Assembly (NCBI GenBank): GCA_963668425.1
Contig: OY764332.1
Location: forward strand, 1-39,240
From: Minisyncoccota bacterium
GTDB lineage: Bacteria; Patescibacteriota; Minisyncoccia; Phycocordibacterales; JABAAK01
DNA: 39,240 nucleotides
Reading direction: 5' to 3'
Part shown: piece after piece, positions 33,573 to 39,240 of the stretch
How positions within the stretch are numbered: position 1 is the first letter of the stretch
How the letters are laid out: each line of letters starts with the position of its first letter
Program-made: the position numbers and the translations under genes
The notes under the pieces: generated by a model
What the model was told of the DNA's origin: nothing
Database searches by the model: none
Seen by the model: the letters and a program-made list of their open reading frames with translations, nothing else

Positions 33573-34595
33573 CTAGGCACTGCATTGAGGCGCTTCTTCA
33601 ATTCCTTTATATTTTTTAATGGCATGTTGCAATGTTTGTGTGAATGCTAACTGTGCATTTAGTATATTTTCTTCTTTTCCTTTCCATTCATTTAGTACTG
33701 GTTCTTGCAATGCTCGGGCATATGAAAATGAAAGTGGTGTTGAAAACTCTTCCTGCTCAGCAAGCGCTTTAATGCGCTGTATATATGCAATTGCCGTTTT
33801 TGACTCTAACCCACCTGAGAGAAAGACAATGCCATAAAAACTTTTATTTCCACTGAGTCCAGTTTCTTTGAATACTGTTAGCGTCCTCCTTGCCGCCTCT
33901 TCTGCCGGTTGCACACCCCCTGTCAATCCATCTGTTATAAATGATGTTTTTAAAATACACTGTTGTGGATTGCACTTCTTTTCTGCAAGGGCGGCAAGCA
34001 CTGCTGGCATTACTTTTTTGAAAGTTTCTTCAGTTGCCTCAATAGTGTGATCGCCACTTAACAGCAATTCTGGCTCTATGATGGGCACTAACTCATTGGC
34101 TAAGGCACAGTGTGCATATGCTGCCATATCTGTTGCCACGGCTTTTATGAATTCGTCTGTTGCACCAACAACTGGAATTGCTGATCGCCATTTTGTGAAT
34201 GTTGCTCCTTGTTGTTGATACTGCTTGCAGCGTTCGCCTAACCCCTCTAACCCTTTTGTTCTTTTGAGTGTATCGCTGCTCTTATATGGCTCTAACCCAC
34301 CGTCAACTTTAACACCGACTGCAATACGTATCTCCTGCAAAAAATCTCTGGTCGGCACATCACCCATGGTGTGTTTTATAAATGTATCTTCTGATAGGAT
34401 GATGCCGCTGATGGTTCGTTCAAGATTTGGTGTTGAAAAGAGTATTTCTCGATACTGATTTCGCATCAACTCTCCGCTTTTGATACCATGTTCTGCTAAG
34501 CGACGATCCATAGATGACGGTCGCTCATCTGCCGCAAGAATACCCTTATACGGCTGAAAAATTGTTGTTACTGTAGTATCAATGTTTGTGTTCAT
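33573..34595 (-). CDS. fructose-bisphosphate aldolase, class I
   Basis: GILAADERPSSMDRRL, GIILSEDT, VGVKVDGG, KWRS, EPELLLSGDH, the Schiff-base region ILKTSF and FLSGG. Confidence 0.85.
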   Translation of the reverse strand: MNTNIDTTVTTIFQPYKGILAADERPSSMDRRLAEHGIKSGELMRNQYREILFSTPNLERTISGIILSEDTFIKHTMGDVPTRDFLQEIRIAVGVKVDGGLEPYKSSDTLKRTKGLEGLGERCKQYQQQGATFTKWRSAIPVVGATDEFIKAVATDMAAYAHCALANELVPIIEPELLLSGDHTIEATEETFKKVMPAVLAALAEKKCNPQQCILKTSFITDGLTGGVQPAEEAARRTLTVFKETGLSGNKSFYGIVFLSGGLESKTAIAYIQRIKALAEQEEFSTPLSFSYARALQEPVLNEWKGKEENILNAQLAFTQTLQHAIKKYKGIEEAPQCSA

Positions 34596-34597
34596 AC

Positions 34598-35029
34598 TTA
34601 TGCACTTTTTTCTATAATCACGGTGATTGATTTCTCACCCTGCTTGTAGTGTATCGTATATTCACCGACCTCTTTAATCGGGTCCATTGAAAACTGCTGT
34701 GGTGCGGTTGGAATATCCTGCTTGCCAAGGTGTTGTACGATAGTATCTGCGGTAACGGCACTAAACAGTGTTCCTTGGTCGTTTGCAGGCACTTGTAGTG
34801 TGATTGTATCTGGTAGCATTTTTACAATACTTTGCTCTTCTTCAGCCCGCTCTTCTCGTTGCTGGTCCTGTGCTGTTTTTTGCCGTGCTACTTGCGCGCC
34901 TTGTGCGTCTTTTGTTTCAAGGGCTTTTTTCTTTGGTATGAGAAAATTCAATGCATATCCGTCACCGACACTACATACATCACCCCGTACCCCAAGCCCC
35001 TTTATATCTTCTAATAGCACGATTTTCAT
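34598..35029 (-). CDS. rplI: 50S ribosomal protein L9
   Basis: MKIVLLEDIKGLGVRGDVCSVGDGYALNFLIPKKKA is the canonical L9 N-terminal domain. Confidence 0.85.
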   Translation of the reverse strand: MKIVLLEDIKGLGVRGDVCSVGDGYALNFLIPKKKALETKDAQGAQVARQKTAQDQQREERAEEEQSIVKMLPDTITLQVPANDQGTLFSAVTADTIVQHLGKQDIPTAPQQFSMDPIKEVGEYTIHYKQGEKSITVIIEKSA

Positions 35030-35067
35030 TACCAAGAGTATACCACAGGCAAGGCATATATATGTAT

Positions 35068-36084
35068 CTATTTAGATTTTATAACCCATTTATGAAAATC
35101 CAAATGTCCGCTTTGCATGCTTCGTCCGATTCCCCGTATTACAGCATGCTCCGGCTCATCAGCAATTTGGACTGGCACGTTAATATGCTTGCTGATCTCT
35201 ATATCAAGTCCGTGTAGTTTTGCCACGCCACCTGTCAAAATCAACCCTCTGTCAATAATATCTGAGGTTAACTCTGGTGGCGTGCTTTGAAATACGCTTG
35301 CTATCGCATCTAAAATCATCTTGACTTCTCCACGAATTGCATCAGCAATATCATTAGCAGTAACCCGCACTATGCGTGGCAGTTTGTTTCGTGCATCCCC
35401 TCCCTTTACCTTTATTTCTTTTGGATTGACTACCTGCATCGCAGACCCGATCTTTTCTTTCACCCTTCGTGCGGTGCCCTTACTGATGAGCAGTTGATGA
35501 TGTCGCTCCACATGAGCCACGATAGATGCATCCATGTCATTGCCACCAACTTGTACCGTGCTATTGCTGCTGGCACCTCCTAGAGAAATGACCGCCGTCT
35601 CTGTTAAACCTGCGCCGATGTCAGCAACCATACGTCCATGTAATTCATCTTTATGCATACCAACCCCAAGTGCTGCTAAAATTGCATTCTCTTCAGTAAA
35701 TACATGTCTCATACCTGCTCGCCTGCAGGTTTGAATGGCTGATCTTTGTTGCATGTTGGTTGCGCTGGTTGGCACGCCGACTAGTGCATCCCGCCGGATA
35801 CATGTAAACATGCCGTTTGATTGCTTGAAAACCTTCCGTAAATATTGCTCAACTATTTTTTCATCCTGTATCGCACCACAGATGATAATATGCTGCGCTT
35901 CAGTCCGCTGATTTGCTCGTTCCATCATTTCTTTGGCATCACTGCCGATGCAAATCATCTCTTTTTTATCCAGCGCTACAATGCTTGGTTCGTCAAATAC
36001 TATACCTTTGTACGGCACATATAGTCGTGTCCGAGAAGTCCCCATATCTATGCCAATATTCCGCGAAAACGAAAAAATACCCAT
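35068..36084 (-). CDS. divergent MreB/actin-like paralog
   Basis: Trimmed to MGIFSFSRNIGIDMGTSRTRLYV (an MreB-like N-terminus). Also has DEPSIVA, VGVPTSATNMQQRSA, VADIGAGLTE and LTGGVAKLHGL. Identity to the mreB at 18160..19299 is clearly lower than is typical for duplicate MreBs. Confidence 0.75.
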   Translation of the reverse strand: MGIFSFSRNIGIDMGTSRTRLYVPYKGIVFDEPSIVALDKKEMICIGSDAKEMMERANQRTEAQHIIICGAIQDEKIVEQYLRKVFKQSNGMFTCIRRDALVGVPTSATNMQQRSAIQTCRRAGMRHVFTEENAILAALGVGMHKDELHGRMVADIGAGLTETAVISLGGASSNSTVQVGGNDMDASIVAHVERHHQLLISKGTARRVKEKIGSAMQVVNPKEIKVKGGDARNKLPRIVRVTANDIADAIRGEVKMILDAIASVFQSTPPELTSDIIDRGLILTGGVAKLHGLDIEISKHINVPVQIADEPEHAVIRGIGRSMQSGHLDFHKWVIKSK

Positions 36085-36159
36085 ATATACCGTGTTATGT
36101 AGATAGCATACCATATTCACCACCTGCATCTCTTTATGCAATACGTTATACTAGTGTGT

Positions 36160-36447
36160 ATGGATACCATTGGCAGTCATATAGAGCGTTTTATGGTCAG
36201 CAATCAGAATCGCCCGACTTCAGAGCGCGCGCATCTTATCCAGATGGTGTGTGATACCCTTTTTGACGATACACACTTTAAAAAAATTCTCGGGCAAACT
36301 CACCAATTTACTCTAGAAGAAATTCGCGATATATTTAATCAAGCGAAATCTTGGCACGTTAATCCAAAAGCCCTCTTTTGGAAACTCGTCCGCGAAAAAC
36401 AGCGGGAGATTAAAACACAACTCACTGAAACAGAGCAGACACAGTAA
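36160..36447 (+). CDS. hypothetical small protein
   Basis: ORF with a helical, charged C-terminus (KLVREKQREIKTQLTETEQTQ). The start is uncertain (36136, 36160 or 36193). No motif was recognised. Confidence 0.4.
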   Translation: MDTIGSHIERFMVSNQNRPTSERAHLIQMVCDTLFDDTHFKKILGQTHQFTLEEIRDIFNQAKSWHVNPKALFWKLVREKQREIKTQLTETEQTQ

Positions 36448-36547
36448 GGATAACCCTACAACCATCACCGGCGTGCTGTGGGTGTGTTTTTCAGGATTCA
36501 GATTATTGCGTGTATAGTATATAGTATCCTATACTATGTAGGTATAT

Positions 36548-36622
36548 TCCGCGGTAGCTCAGCGGTAGAGCAACCGGCTGTTAACCGGTAGGTCGCAGGT
36601 TCGAATCCCGCCCGCGGAGCCA
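36548..36622 (+). tRNA. tRNA-Asn (anticodon GTT), CCA encoded
   Basis: Manual cloverleaf of 75 nt: acceptor tccgcgg/ccgcgga, D arm gctc-agcggta-gagc, anticodon arm accgg-cTGTTAa-ccggt, variable aggtc, T arm gcagg-ttcgaat-cccgc (one A-C mismatch), discriminator g, then cca. Confidence 0.85.
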
Positions 36623-36671
36623 GACAGAATAGTGTTTGAATTTGAAAAACATCTTGAAGACACTTCGCACG

Positions 36672-36860
36672 CTCCACCTTCCACGCCATCTCACCCACAT
36701 TTTCTTTTGCCTTTCAAGTGCGCGTAGTCGCAAAAACACACTACACAGACCTTTTACTGCTCTAGTGTTCTTCACCGGCACAGCCCTGCGATAAGCGTGC
36801 GAAAAGGGGCGGCGGGAAAATTGAAAAAGAAAAGCGAGGGTGAGATGGTGTGGGAGGAGT
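36672..36860. repeat. approximately 190-nt imperfect palindrome (MITE-like) between tRNA-Asn and the R-M cassette
   Basis: The left arm is ctccaccttccacgccatctcaccc..ttttctttt..caa..gtgcgcgtagtcgca. It pairs with the reverse complement of the right arm tgcgataagcgtgc..ttgaaaaagaaaagcgagggtgagatggtgtgggaggag. Confidence 0.6.
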
Positions 36861-36908
36861 ATTAGGAATTCGCCTATGCATCATTCCCTGACATAGGCGG
36901 ATTTCCTT
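36846..36908. repeat. left inverted repeat (IR-L) of the R-M cassette
   Basis: tggtgtgggaggagtattaggaattcgcctatgcatcattccctgacataggcggatttcctt is the reverse complement of 38566-38628 with 2 mismatches. It contains an internal 8-bp hairpin (cgcctatg/cataggcg) and a GAATTC site. Confidence 0.9.
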
Positions 36909-36918
36909 AATCAATTTG

Positions 36919-37590
36919 TTATTTATTTTTCCAGAATTTTCGCACCTTCTGAAAATATTCAATCCTTTCATTGATTTTAGCGATCTCCTTTGGATAGAAC
37001 TCAAAAAGAGTATCACACATCTCCAACATCCATTTTTTGCGCGATTGCTTTTCCTTGATTTTTATAATGTTGGAGTTTGCAATTTGTATTTGACCCCAAC
37101 CTAAAGCACCAAGGGTAAGACACTGCCATGAAAAAAACTCTATTGGTTTAAATAGAACTTGCTTAATCATAAATTTTTTATTTGTAATCTCATAGTCAAT
37201 TTTTAAAATAACAAAATTATTTTTGTCATCTTCATAAAATCTACTCAAGCGTTCTACCGATGTGAGGTTAGGCATGTTAAACTCGGTGTCTAATCTATGT
37301 GTCTTTACATCAACGATGTAGTAATTACCATCTTTATCATAAAACGCCAAATCAGCCATTGCGCGCCTTGCAAAAGAAACAGAGGGCTCTCTTATATTTG
37401 AATCATTGCCTAATAAATCATCAATTATTTTCTGGAAGTTTTTTTCCAAAATATTTTGTATAGCATCCCCCACTGCGCGCGGGCTATCTAGTGTTTGTCG
37501 TGATAGAAAATTTGGATGCGATAACAAAAAATCTAGCACCCGTTTTTCAATATCCTTATGGATACCTCGTGTGAAAATATTTTTTGCCAT
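36919..37590 (-). CDS. putative type II restriction endonuclease (PD-(D/E)xK-like)
   Basis: 223 aa, starting 6 nt downstream of the methyltransferase stop. The candidate catalytic motif is AMADLAF...YYIVDVKTH (D...DxK). No closer family was recognised. Confidence 0.55.
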   Translation of the reverse strand: MAKNIFTRGIHKDIEKRVLDFLLSHPNFLSRQTLDSPRAVGDAIQNILEKNFQKIIDDLLGNDSNIREPSVSFARRAMADLAFYDKDGNYYIVDVKTHRLDTEFNMPNLTSVERLSRFYEDDKNNFVILKIDYEITNKKFMIKQVLFKPIEFFSWQCLTLGALGWGQIQIANSNIIKIKEKQSRKKWMLEMCDTLFEFYPKEIAKINERIEYFQKVRKFWKNK

Positions 37591-37596
37591 ATAGTA

Positions 37597-38526
37597 TTAG
37601 TTAAACGCATTTCGCTCCCAAAAGATTCCGTCAACATATCCTTGTATACATTTATCTTTTCTTGCCTGTCGTAATCTTTTTTGAGCAATGAGACAATATT
37701 GTTTATCAATCTCAATCCCAACATGTTTTCTATTGAGTTTTTCCGCAACGACAGAAGTAGTACCTGAACCAAGGAACGGATCAAAAACAATGTCATCTTC
37801 ATTTGAACTCGCTAAAAGTATTTTAGCTAATAACTTTTCCGGTTTTTGTGTCGGATGTTCCGTATTTTCTTTCATAGACCAAAATGGAATTGTTATATCG
37901 GTCCAGACATTTGAAGGAAATGTATCCCGATAGCCAATACTGCCAGGACCAAACTCCCAATCTTTCGGTTTTCCATTTTCTCTATAAGGTGCAACGACTT
38001 TTTTCCTTAGTTTTATCGTCTCAACATTAAAGGTGTATGCATCGGAATTGGTGCAAAAAAATATATCCTCTGAACAGTTCTTATAATTTGTTTTTGCCCC
38101 CCTACCTTTCTCTCTTTCAAAGGTTATTCTATTTCTTACTTTAAAGTATTTATTCAAAACAGTATATAACGCAGAGCTTGAGCGCCAATCACCACATACA
38201 TAGATTGATGCGTCATAGGTAAGTTTGTCTTTTAATCTTGAGATCCATTTTTCAGTGTACTCTTCATATGATTGTATATCCATTTTTTTGAAAGTTACAT
38301 CATTAAACTTTTTGTCTATGTTGTATGGCGGATCTGCAAAAACAAGATTGACGAAATTATTTGGCAATAGATCAAGTGTACCAAAAACATCTTGATGTAA
38401 TACTTTATTCTCTACATCTTTTGGTTGAACCTTTTCTTCAATAGAAATAACATATTCTTCAGAAAAAGATTTCTCACCATCATTTAAAACCAAAGTTTTA
38501 TTTCTTGATTTTATTTCTGTTTCCAT
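37597..38526 (-). CDS. DNA methyltransferase, beta-class amino-MTase (N6-adenine or N4-cytosine)
   Basis: Motif IV (FADPPYN) precedes motif I (VFDPFLGSGTT), which is the beta permutation. Also has HPTQKPEKL. The ATG at 38526 is preferred over the track TTG at 38532. Confidence 0.85.
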   Translation of the reverse strand: METEIKSRNKTLVLNDGEKSFSEEYVISIEEKVQPKDVENKVLHQDVFGTLDLLPNNFVNLVFADPPYNIDKKFNDVTFKKMDIQSYEEYTEKWISRLKDKLTYDASIYVCGDWRSSSALYTVLNKYFKVRNRITFEREKGRGAKTNYKNCSEDIFFCTNSDAYTFNVETIKLRKKVVAPYRENGKPKDWEFGPGSIGYRDTFPSNVWTDITIPFWSMKENTEHPTQKPEKLLAKILLASSNEDDIVFDPFLGSGTTSVVAEKLNRKHVGIEIDKQYCLIAQKRLRQARKDKCIQGYVDGIFWERNAFN

Positions 38527-38532
38527 AATCAA

Positions 38533-38541
38533 ATTATAGCA
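38533..38541 (-). promoter_or_regulatory. extended -10 TGCTATAAT 6 nt upstream of the methyltransferase ATG (leaderless-type arrangement)
   Basis: Reverse complement of 38524-38541 reads TGCTATAAT TTGATT ATG. The element lies inside the cassette, just internal to IR-R. Confidence 0.45.
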
Positions 38542-38565
38542 ATAAAATATAGGATTAATTGAACA

Positions 38566-38628
38566 AAGGAAATCCGCCTATGTCAGGGAATGATACATGG
38601 GCGAATTCCTAATACTCCTCCCACACCA
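38566..38628. repeat. right inverted repeat (IR-R) of the R-M cassette
   Basis: aaggaaatccgcctatgtcagggaatgatacatgggcgaattcctaatactcctcccacacca is the reverse complement of IR-L apart from 2 mismatches. Confidence 0.9.
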
Positions 38629-38653
38629 GTTGGGGAGCTTGAGTGGCAAAGGT

Positions 38654-38689
38654 GGTGCATCCTTCTTATCAGTCATGCACCTGTTTTTT
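38654..38689 (+). terminator. plus-strand intrinsic terminator with no plus-strand gene directly upstream (possibly the displaced tRNA-Asn terminator)
   Basis: ggtgcat-ccttcttatcagtc-atgcacc followed by tgtttttt. Confidence 0.5.
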
Positions 38690-38771
38690 GCATTCCAATC
38701 TCCTTTCTAAAGTACTGATGAAAATAAGTTATGATACTTTTGCCCGACTTGTTTACTGACTACCAACATTA

Positions 38772-38780
38772 TGCTATAAA
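38772..38780 (+). promoter_or_regulatory. extended -10 TGCTATAAA upstream of the HExxH ORF
   Basis: tgctataaa at 38772-38780, with TTTACT 17 nt upstream. GGAGGAGG SD at 38803-38810. Confidence 0.4.
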
Positions 38781-38819
38781 GAGTATAGAAAGTAACCTGT
38801 GTGGAGGAGGTTATGTAAG

Positions 38820-39240
38820 ATGTTTTTCAAAAACCGTGCAGTTAATTCTGCAAAAAAGATGCAAGAGGTGCTTACACATCTCTCAAGCATACAACCTTGG
38901 CAGGATGCAGTTATAAAGAACGTTCTTAGATTTCTCAACAATAAAGTAAAGCATCTTCTGTCAGAAGAAAAAACGATTGTGCCTTCGAGAAATCTTTTCA
39001 TCATCCCAAGAGAGTCATTGGCAAAACACGGATATGGATCTATGTGGATTGGCGGATATATGCCAAAGGCAAACTTGATTGTGCTGAGTAATCAATTGGC
39101 ATCAAATCAGTTCGCGTTAGTACATGGGGTTATACACGAAACGACCCACTTCATGGCAGAAAAAGAATGGCAGAAAAATTTCTGGCATTTAGAAGAAGGG
39201 GTAACATGTGAAATCACCAGAAGGACGCAGAAACAATACG
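38820..39240 (+). CDS. hypothetical protein with HExxH zinc-metalloprotease-like motif, 5' part only (runs off window)
   Basis: Own translation from ATG 38820: MFFKNRAVNSAKKMQEVLTHLSSIQPWQDAVIKNVLRFLNNKVKHLLSEEKTIVPSRNLFIIPRESLAKHGYGSMWIGGYMPKANLIVLSNQLASNQFALVHGVIHETTHFMAEKEWQKNFWHLEEGVTCEITRRTQKQY. There is no stop before the window end. The SD is 9 nt upstream. It is open-ended, so it is absent from the track. Confidence 0.6.
   Translation, partial: MFFKNRAVNSAKKMQEVLTHLSSIQPWQDAVIKNVLRFLNNKVKHLLSEEKTIVPSRNLFIIPRESLAKHGYGSMWIGGYMPKANLIVLSNQLASNQFALVHGVIHETTHFMAEKEWQKNFWHLEEGVTCEITRRTQKQY

Larger units (their letters stand above)
36846..38628. mobile_element. R-M gene cassette bounded by 62-63 bp inverted repeats (putative mobile or formerly mobile unit, no transposase)
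   Basis: The IRs lie at 36846-36908 and 38566-38628. The interior of 1657 nt holds only the R and M genes. Base composition is visibly AT-richer than the flanking DNA. The cassette is adjacent to a tRNA gene. Confidence 0.55.

Noticed and set aside
36548-36622. Possibility that tRNA-Asn is a pseudogene because of an A-C mismatch in the T stem
   Set aside because: This is the only mismatch. All other stems are perfect, the T-loop TTCGAAT and the D-loop are canonical, and CCA is encoded.
36866-36871. GAATTC inside both inverted repeats (also at 38603-38608) as a clue to R-M specificity, given that M.RsrI-type GAATTC methylases are beta-class DPPY enzymes
   Set aside because: GAATTC also occurs at several other places in the window (for example 7440, about 16990, about 20616, about 29955 and about 34150) without obvious avoidance. 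The 223-aa endonuclease does not resemble EcoRI or RsrI in size. The specificity cannot be inferred from this window.
36581-37016. Two minus-strand ORFs (36581..36781 and 36762..37016)
   Set aside because: The first overlaps the tRNA-Asn gene and the palindromic element. The second covers IR-L and overlaps the 3' end of the endonuclease gene. Both are Arg/Gly/Pro-rich translations of GC-rich repeat DNA.
36623-38700. Search for an integrase, a transposase or a duplicated tRNA 3' end (att site) that would mark a classical tRNA-targeting island
   Set aside because: No such ORF appears in any frame. No copy of the tRNA 3' end (ggttcgaatcccgcccgcgga) occurs downstream. A classical integrative island is therefore not supported.

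Overview
Gene-dense bacterial chromosome segment, mostly transcribed on the minus strand. Several traits suggest a small-genome CPR/Patescibacteria-like organism (inference only). These are split transketolase, class I aldolase, Cys-free L36/L32, ribosomal proteins with low-complexity tails, and housekeeping genes with almost no Shine-Dalgarno sequence. The core content falls into five blocks. (1) tkt halves, mpg, tsf and rpsB. (2) A 15-gene co-directional array: mraZ-rsmH-ftsL-like, rpsP-KH-trmD, then infA-rpmJ-rpsM-rpsK-rpsD-rpoA-rplQ-rplM-rpsI. (3) rpmA with a YbaK-like deacylase, followed by frr-mreB-mreC-mreD-PBP2. (4) A short SMC with a SET-domain gene directly downstream, then rnc, a NusB-Nudix fusion and rpmF. 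(5) A 2-hydroxyacid dehydrogenase, hydrolase-murF-ddl, class I FBA, rplI, a second MreB paralog and tRNA-Asn. Accessory or unusual parts are listed here. A type II R-M gene pair sits inside 62-63 bp near-perfect inverted repeats next to tRNA-Asn, beside a 190-nt palindromic element that shares the repeat terminus. A duplicated 5' fragment of the dehydrogenase gene brackets a small ORF cassette. A plus-strand island carries two paralogous bitopic membrane proteins and a DsbB/BdbC homolog. There are three acidic lipoprotein genes and a peptidoglycan-binding protein with 189-nt tandem coding repeats. No CRISPR array, rRNA, integrase or transposase was seen. All calls rest on reading the translations and the DNA by eye; no database search was possible.
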